Origin: Octopus bimaculoides
Lineage: Eukaryota
Direction of reading: 5' to 3'
Length of the DNA: 37,334 nt
Assembly: GCF_001194135.2 (NCBI RefSeq)
Contig: NC_069007.1
Span: 2,406,779-2,444,112, forward strand
In this document: piece after piece, positions 21,963-32,720 of the stretch
How positions within the stretch are numbered: position 1 is the stretch's first letter
Layout: every line of letters begins with the position of its first letter
Program-made: the position numbers and the translations under genes
The notes under the pieces: generated by a model
What the model was told of the DNA's origin: nothing
The model's database searches: none
The model's input: the letters and a program-made list of their open reading frames with translations, nothing else

Positions 21963-22136
21963 TTCTCCGTTTGGAAACGCTCGGTTATCCAAGGCGAGGC
22001 AAAGAACGAGCCGGAGCTTTACCAATCGATATCTGAAAAGTTCGATGAAATAACTCATGATCACTGCGATAGCTTCTACCAAAAGATCCTCCGTTACTTC
22101 GACCGGTCTGAACAAGGGGAGATCATAAACGAATGA
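21963..22136 (+). pseudogene. C-terminal fragment of IS630/Tc1-like (DDE_3-type) transposase
   Basis: Stop-free frame FSVWKRSVIQGEAKNEPELYQSISEKFDEITHDHCDSFYQKILRYFDRSEQGEIINE*. It resembles the segment that follows LPPYSPFLNPIE in eukaryotic IS630-like transposases. It is absent from the ORF track because it has no start codon. Confidence 0.55.
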
Positions 22137-22512
22137 TTCTTTTTCGATTTTTTGCAGAGCTTTCATTCGAGAACTATGCAATTCGAGCTTTCTATTCGAT
22201 CTTTCCCCAAGAGTAACCTTAAAAGAACCAGTCCGCTCGCTTTGAGGAGATGCAAATTGAACACTTTTTTAACAAAAAATGTGACTTCATAAAACTGTTA
22301 TAAGGAGTAAAGAGCTAACTATTCGAGTTTATACAACTCGAGTTTGTTGTCCCAAGCTCGGGGTTAGATCGAAGTTCGTGTAACAGTGTTCTCAACTGGA
22401 CGAGTTAGATAAGACAGACATGTATTCCCTTACGGCTGATGTAGTTTAACTCTTTGTCTTTTCAAGACTTGAGCACCAATTTCGAGAAACTAGCTTCGAA
22501 TCGATTTGGGGG

Positions 22513-22791
22513 TCATCGACTATTCTTTCGAGGATGAAGTAGTAGTAATAGTATTATCAATATCAATAACACTATCAATAATAATAGTGGTGGTACGGTC
22601 GTATTGGAGTTACTAATATTAGTATTTGTGGTGGTGCTATTAGTGTCAACTGTCGCCTCAGTTGCTCTTCGACCTTCATAGGAGGAGGGGATGTTTGCAT
22701 TTTGGTTAATTCTGGTTGTAGTGCTAGGCTTGCAAGTGTGGTGTATGCCATCGATGTTGGTCTTGACAAATAACCCATTCCACCGTACATC
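22513..22791 (-). CDS. Candidate terminal exon of a membrane-anchored protein (S/T/N-rich stalk plus hydrophobic tail)
   Basis: The frame reads DVRWNGLFVKTNIDGIHHTCKPSTTTRINQNANIPSSYEGRRATEATVDTNSTTTNTNISNSNTTVPPLLLLIVLLILIILLLLLHPRKNSR*. Possible AG acceptors at TTTCAG| and TTGCAG|. The 3' part may derive from degenerate trinucleotide repeats. Confidence 0.35.
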   Translation of the reverse strand, partial: DVRWNGLFVKTNIDGIHHTCKPSTTTRINQNANIPSSYEGRRATEATVDTNSTTTNTNISNSNTTVPPLLLLIVLLILIILLLLLHPRKNSR

Positions 22792-23110
22792 TGCAAGCTG
22801 AAACCCCCGCTAGTGAGTTGGAAGGACCTCAGGTGAGACACTTTCGTCAGCCGTACCCTCACCCGTATAACACTCGATCGAAACTCAAACCGATTAACAA
22901 CTGTGATGGATATGTAATACCGCACATTTCAGATAAAATATATATAATATTGAACATATCGGATAATATATATACATATATATACACACTTACATATATA
23001 TATATATATANNNNNNNNNNNNNNNNNNNNNNNNNNNNNNNNNNNNNNNNNNNNNNNNNNNNNNNNNNNNNNNNNNNNNNNNNNNNNNNNNNNNNNNNNN
23101 NNNNNNNNNN

Positions 23111-23147
<37 letters not shown>

Positions 23148-23679
23148 AGAGAGAGAGAGATTTATGTATATATATTACATATAAGTTTTCGTCTCTTTAT
23201 CTGTCGGTCTGTTTCTCTCTCTCACTCTCTCTCTCTCCCTTTCTCACTTTTCTCTATATATTTTTGTGTATATAACTTTAAGTGCGTGTATGAGAGTATC
23301 TATGCATGAATATATAAGCATTACAGCCATGTTCGATCTCATACAACTCAAAAACACACATACACCATCAGACGCAAACACACACACACACATACAAACT
23401 AATAAACGCCGACAGATGCAACGTAAATGTATCCATATATCTAATATGTTATTCTGTATAATATATTCGACGCTAGCCGCTGCCACGGCACCACTCAAAA
23501 ACTATAACTGCATACAGAAACTTGCAATCACTCTAAAATCTAATTCAACCATGAGAGGAAGACAGAGTTATTGGAAGCAAAACACACAAAAAATGTAAGA
23601 ATGAGAGTGTAATTATATAAGAGTGAAAAATTGGAATGCGGGACGGTTTGCCAACAAATATAATATATTAATGAATAGA

Positions 23680-23765
23680 GGAGTGTGTGAGCGCGTGCAC
23701 ATATAGAAATATATAGAAATATCTGTATATAATAAATATATATATATATATATATTTATTTATAT

Positions 23766-23798
<33 letters not shown>

Positions 23799-23874
23799 AG
23801 TTCTGGGCATCTGCGTGAGCGTGTAAGTGTTTATATGTATATACATATGTAGGTATAAATATATATGTATATAC

Positions 23875-23917
<43 letters not shown>

Positions 23918-24457
23918 GATATGTATGTATGCATAGCCACATTAACACACAGAAATATATCTATATAAGCATTCATTAATCTATATGTATATATATCGAC
24001 TATTTGGATATCATATATACATGTGTGCGCTCACGTCTGTGTGTATGTGCGCACGCGCGTATGCGTGTGTACATGTATGTATACATGTGTGCGTGTGTGA
24101 TGCGTGTTTATCTCTATATGTGCGCACGCATATATGTATAATTATCTTTATATATATATATATATATATATACATATATATTCTACTTATACACACGACA
24201 TATATATATATATATACATGCATATGTATATACATACAGTCACAGACAAACACGCACACAGACAAACACGCACACAGACACTCATATATATATATATATA
24301 TATATACACAAACATACATATGTCCCAACGTATTTATGAGTGTGCATATATAAACATGTGAGAACATATATTAGTGTGTGCGTCTGTGTGTGCCCGCGTA
24401 TGCACGTTTGTGTGCATACACAGACACAGAAATATATACATACATACATATCTCTGT

Positions 24458-24556
<99 letters not shown>

Positions 24557-24560
24557 ATCA
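23680..24560. repeat. Large compound (TA)n/(CA)n/(TG)n microsatellite field
   Basis: Direct inspection. Confidence 0.9.
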
Positions 24561-25106
24561 TGTACATCCATATTGTATATAGAAGTAACTAGAAACCTCT
24601 GAGCTCTACCAGACGAGAAAAAAATTAAAGCTTCATGAAGCATGGAAAGAGAAATATTTTGGAGGCTGTTTATGGCGCTAGGTGAAATAATGTGTAACAA
24701 ACGCGCTCATATGTCAAGTGTTTTAGCTTCCTATATTTGTCCATTTTATTTAGATCTGACTGACTGCTTCCTGCTTCCAATTCTTTATTATCAAACTACA
24801 TTGCCTCTTTCTTTGTCTTTTCTTTCCATTTCTTCCTCTAGTTCTTCGATTCCATTTGCTCTCTTTAATTTACCATCACATCTTTGCTGCCGTTGTTCTG
24901 TCATAATCTCACGTTTTTTTTTCTTATTCTTTTTGTTTTGTTCGTGTATATTTGTTTGTACGTATATATGTTTGTGTGGGAGGTAGAAGGTTAGTGAGGG
25001 AGAAAGTGTGCGAGCTTATGCATGTGTGCGTGTTTGTCTACCTCTGCGTATATAGGTCTCTTACTCTGTTTCCACACACACAGGCACACATACGTACGCA
25101 CATATA

Positions 25107-25178
25107 AATATACATACACATATTGTGTGTATACAATATATATATATATATATATACATATACATATTGTGTGTATAC

Positions 25179-25209
<31 letters not shown>

Positions 25210-25218
25210 TGTGTGTAT

Positions 25219-25280
<62 letters not shown>
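25107..25280. repeat. Minisatellite, ~40-bp unit (TACATATTGTGTGTATACAA(TA)n) x3
   Basis: Three near-identical units are visible. Confidence 0.8.
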
Positions 25281-25283
<3 letters not shown>

Positions 25284-25843
25284 TGGATATAATATTTCAA
25301 TATAAAATAGTGTGCATAATATATATTCTTGAATATCTTTGGACTCACATACACACAATATCAGCATATAAATGTATTTTTATTATTGTCGATAAATATA
25401 ATTTATATATACCCTAAAATATATGTATACCTGTGTGTATTCTGTGAATGCGTTCTGCGTGCAATCAGCGTTGTCTGTACAGGTGTTTAGGTGTTTTCTG
25501 TACACTCTATATATGTTTCTGTGTGTGTGTGTGTGTGTGTGTAATAGTTCTTGCCCTGTGTTCCTCGCAATGATGAAAGTTAAACTCTTCTCCGCCGGGA
25601 TTTACACTCATCGCGTAAATTAAACGGAAATGAAGACAGCAAGACATTTAATCAGCCACTCACCAGTTCTTGGAACAGTTTCATATTATAAAGAAACATA
25701 TAAAAGACAATTCCTACGACATTTTTAGGATATTGGCCATGTCCAATATTTTATTTCTTCGACTTGTCTAATAATTCAGTTTATTCTAATGGTTTTCATG
25801 TAAAGTATTTTGAAATTGTATTTTATTGGTCTGTAAATGTAAC

Positions 25844-26049
25844 GCGGCGAGTTGTCAAGGTGTCGGACACATATGTTTAGCGGCGTTTCTTCCGACTCAT
25901 AACGTTCTGATTTCAAATTCTACCTAGGTTGACTTTGCCTTTAATCGTTTCGGGGGTCAATAAAATATATACCAGTCAACTATGAAGGTCATCCGAATCG
26001 ATTACCTCCTTGCACAAAATTTCGGGCATTTTGTCTATACCAGAAAGGG
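25844..26049 (+). mobile_element. SINE family A, diverged
   Basis: GCGGCGAGTTG ... CGTTCTGATTTCAAATTCTACCTAGGTTGACTTTGCCTTT ... AAAATTTCGGGC. Confidence 0.7.
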
Positions 26050-26263
26050 TTGTTCGGTAAATATTCGCGCTCTAGTGACACATGGTGGGCGACGAGATCA
26101 CTATATTGCCCCACCCCCTGCAACAGAGTTTCAACGAGAAATTTCAAGTTGAATGCTATGATACTAAACCAAACGAACACACACACTTACACACATGCAT
26201 TTGCATATACGAAGCAAATGAGAGATAAATGTAACAGAATTCTTTGTCATCATTCATCTAATT

Positions 26264-26555
26264 CAGTGGTTCCCAAAGTGGGCACTACTGCTCCCTTGGG
26301 GGAGGTGGAAAAGATCCGATTCAGAGGGGGGGTTGAAGACAATTGGAATAATAATTGGGTGGCCAAAATCGGGTGTTAGATGTAAAAAAAATATTAATAG
26401 TTTAATTAGAATTAAGTTTTATTTGTGAAATACAGTTGTTTTGAATTTGCAGCAGAAAGAGGTCGATACTTGTGGTTGGGAGGGGGAAAGGGCACTAGAA
26501 ATGTGGCCTGGGTGCCAAGGGGTGGCAGCCAGAAAAAAAACTTTGGGAACCACTG
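26264..26555. mobile_element. Non-autonomous hAT (Charlie-like) MITE, 292 bp
   Basis: Perfect 16-bp TIRs CAGTGGTTCCCAAAGT / ACTTTGGGAACCACTG and a perfect 8-bp TSD ATCTAATT (26256-26263, 26556-26563). Confidence 0.92.
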
Positions 26556-26825
26556 ATCTAATTGATCAGAGATTGTTTGAATATAAACTACATTACAACA
26601 ATAGTATTTGTAAATGTGATAAGTAGAAAAGATAATCTAAGGTGTCCCGTCCGATATCTCTAGCAGTTCCTGCAATCTCAAGTCTTAGATTAATTCTATT
26701 TTATGGAACTCTGACGGTAAAAAGGTTTCAAATTTTGACACAAGGACAGTAATTTTGTGGGAGGGAGTATGTCCGAAAAATTTCGGGCCTAGTGATCAAA
26801 GTAGAAGAGAATATTCAACATTTTC

Positions 26826-26970
26826 AATTCAAATTCCGCCAAGGTCGACTTTGCTTTTCATCCTTTCGCGGTCGATAAATTAAATACCGTTTGCGTACTG
26901 GGATCGATCTAATCAATTGGCCCCCTCTCCCAAAATTTAGAGCCTTCTGTCTAGAGTAGAAAATAATATT
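26826..26970 (+). mobile_element. 5'-truncated SINE family A with 9-bp flanking repeat AATATTCAA
   Basis: ATTCAAATTCCGCCAAGGTCGACTTTGCTTTTCATCCTTTCG ... AATATTCAA occurs at 26810-26818 and 26965-26973. Confidence 0.8.
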
Positions 26971-26984
26971 CAAGTTAGAAAATG

Positions 26985-27348
26985 CGATGAGCTGGCAGAA
27001 ACGTTAGCACGCCGGACAAAATGCTTAGCTGTATTTCACCTGCCTTAACGATCGTGAGATTGTGAGTTCGATTCCCAGACCGGGCTGCATGTTGTGTTCT
27101 TGAGCAAGACACTTTATTTCACGTTGCTCCAGTTGACTAAGCTTGGAAATGAGTTGCGACATCACTGGTGCTACGTTGTATCGACCCCTTTGCCTTTCCC
27201 TTGAATAACATCAGTGGTGTGGAGAGGAAAAGCTGGTATGCATGGGCGCCTGCTGGCGTTCCTCAAACAACCGTGCCCGGATTGTGCCTCGCAGGGTAAC
27301 TTTCTAGGTGCAATTCCAAGGTCATTCATGACCGAAAGGGATCTCCCC
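26985..27348 (+). mobile_element. Chimeric SINE: family-A head joined to CORE-like family-D body and tail
   Basis: GATGAGCTGGCAGAAACGTTAGCACGCCGG...CTGCCTTAACG is joined to ATCGTGAGATTGTGAGTTCGATTCCC...TTGAGCAAGACACTTTATTTCACG. Tail GGTCATTCATGACCGAAAGGG. Confidence 0.7.
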
Positions 27349-27350
27349 CA

Positions 27351-27480
27351 TATATATACGACGGATGTCCTTTAGTTTCCGTCAATCACTTTCCGCCCAC
27401 CACTCACAAGGTTTTGGTCAGCCCCAGACTACAGTACAAGACATTCGTCAAAGCATGCTTCTTACCACACAGCCACACCT
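27351..27480 (-). mobile_element. 5' half of SINE family B/C, deleted
   Basis: TATACGACGG...AGTTTCCGTC...CACTCACAAGGTTTTGGTC...CTTCTTACCACACAGCCACACCTG. Confidence 0.7.
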
Positions 27481-28204
27481 GTCTTTCTGCATAAATTTCC
27501 AAGAAACTTATAATTTTGAAAATAAATAGTGAATCTTATTCCCACGTGTCCTGTAAGTATATTATAAAAACGCAAACTTTGTCGAGTCTTGCTTTATAAA
27601 GACTACCGCATGCTTATGAACAATCAGTTGAAAAAAGTGCCTAAGAATCACACCCATATGTAGTCTACACAAATACACACACACATAGGAAGCAAACATT
27701 AATTAGAAAGAGTAGACTGATACGACAACTTTACCGACAATATATCATAAAGTATTATACTTCGTTCCACGGATTAAATTGGATTATCTCACCAGTTTTG
27801 ACAAGAATTTGACATTTATGGTTATTGGTAAATGTCCTTTGCCATTATCTAACTCTTGTTTAACACATAAAACGAAAATTGATGACTGTATTAAAATAGA
27901 TACTTCATTATTTGTAGTCTGGCAACATTTTTATGTAACCAGTTCATATTATTTTTATTTTATTTTATTCTATTTTATTTTTCTCATTATTTTTTCCATG
28001 GTTATTTATTTCTTAGTGTTGATCTTCGGTTTCAGCTTCCGACGTCAAACTTACGGTTCTGTTGAATATATATGTGTATATACACATTNNNNNNNNNNNN
28101 NNNNNNNNNNNNNNNNNNNNNNNNNNNNNNNNNNNNNNNNNNNNNNNNNNNNNNNNNNNNNNNNNNNNNNNNNNNNNNNNNNNNNNNNNNNNNNNNNNNN
28201 NNNN

Positions 28205-28295
28205 GTATATATATATATATAAATGTATATATATATATATAAATGTATATATATATATATAAATGTATATATATATATATATATATAAATGTATA
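28205..28295. repeat. Higher-order repeat of (TA)n punctuated by AAATG, ~20-bp unit
   Basis: GTATATATATATATATAAAT repeated about 4 times. Confidence 0.8.
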
Positions 28296-28677
28296 TATGT
28301 GTTCATATATGTTTGTGTGTGTCTGTGTCTATCTGTGGCGTACGTATACCATTGTTTTACAGCTGTTTGCGTTACAAGAAGCCGATAACCTGCTGATGCT
28401 TGTCTCTTCTTTGCCTTCGTTTATGAGTTACTGTTCTGCACTTTTGGCAGGTTTGATTTTTACTTATGCTGGGTACTCAGCCACATATGAAAGATGATAA
28501 ACTGGGTCGCTGATTGGGATTTTCTCTCGGGGTCAGGTACCTCTTGGAACTTGACGCATACTGTGCTAATTGACGTGCGCCATGTAACAGGCAGCTGATC
28601 CGAACCTGTCTCTTTTTAATTTCCTTTATTGTGCTCTCTTTCTCCCTCTCTCTCTTTTCCTCTTTGTGTATGTATGC

Positions 28678-28713
<36 letters not shown>

Positions 28714-29734
28714 NNNNNNNNNNNNNNNNNNNNNNNNNNNNNNNNNNNNNNNNNNNNNNNNNNNNNNNNNNNNNNNNNNNNNNNNNNNNNNNNNNNNNNN
28801 NNNNNNNNNNNNNNNNNNNNNNNNNNNNNNNNNNNNNNNNNNNNNNNNNNNNNNNNNNNNNNNNNNNNNNNNNNNNNNNNNNNNNNNNNNNNNNNNNNNN
28901 NNNNNNNNNNNNNNNNNNNNNNNNNNNNNNNNNNNNNNNNNNNNNNNNNNNNNNNNNNNNNNNNNNNNNNNNNNNNNNNNNNNNNNNNNNNNNNNNNNNN
29001 NNNNNNNNNNNNNNNNNNNNNNNNNNNNNNNNNNNNNNNNNNNNNNNNNNNNNNNNNNNNNNNNNNNNNNNNNNNNNNNNNNNNNNNNNNNNNNNNNNNN
29101 NNNNNNNNNNNNNNNNNNNNNNNNNNNNNNNNNNNNNNNNNNNNNNNNNNNNNNNNNNNNNNNNNNNNNNNNNNNNNNNNNNNNNNNNNNNNNNNNNNNN
29201 NNNNNNNNNNNNNNNNNNNNNNNNNNNNNNNNNNNNNNNNNNNNNNNNNNNNNNNNNNNNNNNNNNNNNNNNNNNNNNNNNNNNNNNNNNNNNNNNNNNN
29301 NNNNNNNNNNNNNNNNNNNNNNNNNNNNNNNNNNNNNNNNNNNNNNNNNNNNNNNNNNNNNNNNNNNNNNNNNNNNNNNNNNNNNNNNNNNNNNNNNNNN
29401 NNNNNNNNNNNNNNNNNNNNNNNNNNNNNNNNNNNNNNNNNNNNNNNNNNNNNNNNNNNNNNATATATATATATATATAGTTTTTAAATTTGACAGAAAT
29501 GGGGAGGCTTATTCGCTGGTGTAAAGGTAACGCACTTAGTTGCGTTAACAAAGGGATGTGGGGTTGACTCCCACGCGGATAGAAAAGCCTTCTTTTTTTC
29601 TGTCGAGGGCTTATATGCCCCTTTATTAGACTATTGCAGTGATCTACATAAGCTTTAAGCTTATATAAAAATACTATTATTATTATTTACAGGATTGTAA
29701 AACACGGGACCGTATATATAATTATATATTCGTG

Positions 29735-29875
29735 TGTGAGGCTTCCATTCAGTTTCTGTCAACCAAATTCACTCACGAGACATCGGTCTCTAGCTCAAGG
29801 TTCAATTCAGTGGGATCGAACACGAAACCATGTGGATGCAAAGGAAGGTTCATAAATATACGGCCAGGCCTGGGT
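29735..29875 (-). mobile_element. 5' half of SINE family B/C, diverged
   Basis: TTCAGTTTCTGTCAACCAAATTCACTCACG...CAGTGGGATCGAACACGAAACCATGTGG. Confidence 0.6.
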
Positions 29876-30003
29876 GCATGTGTTTGAGTATGTGTGGGCG
29901 GGCGTGTTACTACACATATACGTTTGCTTGTGCACCCAGAGATGTAATATGTATAAGTATATGAATAAAGCAGCACAACAGAAACAAAGGGCCAATCTTC
30001 TCA

Positions 30004-30150
30004 CACACTGTGTCGCACACTGAATCTCCCCGAGAACTACGTTAAGGGTACACGTGTCTTGTTCAGGAATTTGCACGTTAATTTCACGAGCAGGCTGTTC
30101 CGTTGATCGAATCAACTGGAACCCCTGTCGTCGTAACCGACGGAGTGCCA
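30004..30150 (+). mobile_element. 3' tail of SINE family E
   Basis: CACACTGAATCTCCCCGAGAACTACGTTAAGGG...GTCGTCGTAACCGACGGAGTGCCA, homologous to ~19205-19355. Confidence 0.7.
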
Positions 30151-30907
30151 CGTTATATATCAAACAAATGCAAATCATATTAAGGTTAGTTAAATACAGT
30201 CAACTGAATACTATGTAAAGATCAAAACGAACAAATAAATATTTTTACAAAAATGGAAATGAACTGGTTACATAAAAACGGACTAACTAATAAATGAAGT
30301 ATCTATTTTAATACAGTCATCAATTTTTGTTATATGTGTTAAACAAGAGTTAGATAATGGCAAAGGACATTTACCAATAACCATAAATGTCAAGTTGTTG
30401 TCAAAACTGGTGAGATAATCCAATTTAATCCTTGGAACCAAGCATAATACTTTATGATATATTGTCTGGTAAATTTGTCGTATCAGTCTATTTTCGCTAA
30501 TTAATGTTTTGTTTCTCTGTATGTATGTATATATATATATACATATATATATATGTTTGTATAGGTATGGGTGTGATTGCCTGATTAGATTACTATACGT
30601 TCGGTAGTGTTGGGCGAGGCTGGTTGTGGACTGACAGTATAGAAGATACCAATGAATGGAGATTACTTATTCATGTTATTTAATTAAATGTGGACGTAAA
30701 TTGAAACGAATTTTTACGTCAGAAATTCAGAAATCGACTACGCAGTAGACTCGATTATATTCAAACCCAAACTTCATTAAAGAACTTCTTAGTAAATGCT
30801 GACGTCCATACAAACACACATATTCAATAAGTAAAATATACATGTGAAAAATGGAAAATATATTCACGTATTGGAGTATATGTAATAAGATATACATATA
30901 TTTAAGA

Positions 30908-30944
<37 letters not shown>

Positions 30945-31054
30945 TATTCGGACACGTAATGTGTGTCGTTAGGCCACTGGAAGAGATGTCTTCCTGGGGC
31001 TATAACCGTCAGTAACATTGTCCCGCATTGGACGCCACACTTGGTTGGCAATTA

Positions 31055-31249
31055 TCCGTTTCATACGATCTCGCTATGATAGATCGCTAACCACTACACA
31101 TTCCTTTTTCTCTCCTTGTTTCTGTGGAAGAGCGTAGGCTCGAAACGTTCAAGACTTTTTCACTTCCCGAGTGTTATACTAATATATCTGTTTGTTTTCT
31201 ACACGACCGGCCTTCGTCTTTTATTTTATCTTTTTTTTGTGAATTCTCC

Positions 31250-31250
<1 letters not shown>
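31055..31250 (+). mobile_element. Penelope-like pseudo-LTR fragment carrying a minimal hammerhead-ribozyme-like motif
   Basis: CTGTGGA-A-GAGC(GTAG)GCTC-GAAAC-GTT at 31122-31149. Ends in (TA)n/(TG)n. Confidence 0.5.
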
Positions 31251-31297
<47 letters not shown>

Positions 31298-31313
31298 GGT
31301 GTTTGTATATACC

Positions 31314-32019
31314 TACAAATTATTCTATAATTATATACATAATTATAACAAGGGATCAGCTATTTGCCTCGCCACGTACTGAATTAGAAATAGACGCTAA
31401 TGTCTTTTCAACTACCATAAAATCTCCGAGAAAATAACACACTTTTAATGTAGGCAAAAGAAAAAAGATGAATTACGATGAATTAACAAGGCCGTGGTTA
31501 ATTACGGACGCGTTTCGAACTTAAAGTAAAACATAATTACCTATTGTTCTCTTCAGCGTAATATTCCAGATAAATTCACGAGTAACTTTTAGATATGTGT
31601 AGGATCAATCGACATCGTATGGCTGATATCTATCCACACTCGTAAAAATATGTAACCGAGTACAATTCATGTCCATCTTTTATACCCATGTGTGTGCTAT
31701 GACCTACACCGCAGAAAAATGCAGTTTCGATCATGGAGTGAATTTTAATTTAAATAATATAGGGTAAAATCAGTAATAATTTTACCAAGTAGTCAGTAGG
31801 CAAATAAAAATCTTTTAGGTAAATTTTACAAATTATTCTATAATTATATACATAATGATAACAAGGGGTCAGCTAATGTCTTTTCTACAAGCAGAAAATA
31901 AAATGTCCGAGAAAATAACACACTTTTAATGTAGGCAAAAGAAAACAGATGAATTAACTAGACCGTGGCTAATTACGGAGGCGTTTAGAACTTAAAGTAA
32001 AACATAATTATCTATTGTT
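31314..32019 (+). repeat. Locally duplicated ~200-230-bp repeat (31314-31548 and 31827-32019); related copy at ~33295-33395
   Basis: Both units start TACAAATTATTCTATAATTATATACATAAT, share GAGAAAATAACACACTTTTAATGTAGGCAAAAG, and end ACTTAAAGTAAAACATAATTA.CTATTGTT. Confidence 0.85.
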
Positions 32020-32468
32020 AGATATATTTATATCTATATTTATGGGGAAATTTAGGTTCGAGTGATTGTAGTTCTAAGATTATCTTCATACTTATGAAAT
32101 TCTCCCTACGATAAATAAAATAAACAAAGAACATTTTTTGTTAGGTTTCTTTTCATATTTATTACGGAATATTCCCTCCGATGAATTAAATAAAGAACAT
32201 TTTTTTAGTTACTTTAAACAACATTTTGTATATCAATAACTTTAAATAAATAAAAGAATNNNNNNNNNNNNNNNNNNNNNNNNNNNNNNNNNNNNNNNNN
32301 NNNNNNNNNNNNNNNNNNNNNNNNNNNNNNNNNNNNNNNNNNNNNNNNNNNNNNNNNNNNNNNNNNNNNNNNNNNNNNNNNNNNNNNNNNNNNNNNNNNN
32401 NNNNNNNNNNNNNNNNNNNNNNNNNNNNNNNNNNNNNNNNNNNNNNNNNNNNNNNNNNNNNNNNNNNN

Positions 32469-32720
32469 ATATATAAATGAGAATGTATGTCTGTGTGCTT
32501 GTGTGTCTGTGTGAATCCCTAAAACTCCAGAACTACACAACCAATTTCATTCAAATTTTACACATGCCTTACTTTGCGTCCCGGTTGTGTTTTAGTCAAA
32601 AAAACATTTTTAACTTCTTGCATAGTTCGAGCCCACAGCAGCATAATATCTCCTCCACTATTTAAGTATTACGTGTCAAAATTGAAAAAAATAACACTCA
32701 TGTCAAATACTTTCACTTTA
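32469..32720 (+). mobile_element. Probable 5' portion of non-autonomous Helitron-like element
   Basis: ATATAAATGAGAATGTATGTCTGTGTG...AAAACTCCAGAACTACACAACCAATTTCATTCAAATTTT resembles the 5' layout of animal Helitron-N repeats. The true 5' end lies in the gap, and no 3' hairpin/CTAG end was found. Confidence 0.4.

Noticed and set aside
195-27048. Strand bias of SINE-A copies (about 11 minus vs 7 plus) as a clue to host-gene orientation
   Set aside because: Counts are small and inflated by clustered copies; not informative.
28616-29551. Longest ORFs in the track (280-310 aa), and likewise those at 3957-4726 and 13091-14001
   Set aside because: They consist mostly of X from N-gaps plus YI/HT/CV dipeptide repeats from microsatellites.
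29517-29577. tRNA-like segment with A-box-like and B-box-like motifs
   Set aside because: No convincing cloverleaf; more likely a decayed SINE head than a tRNA gene.
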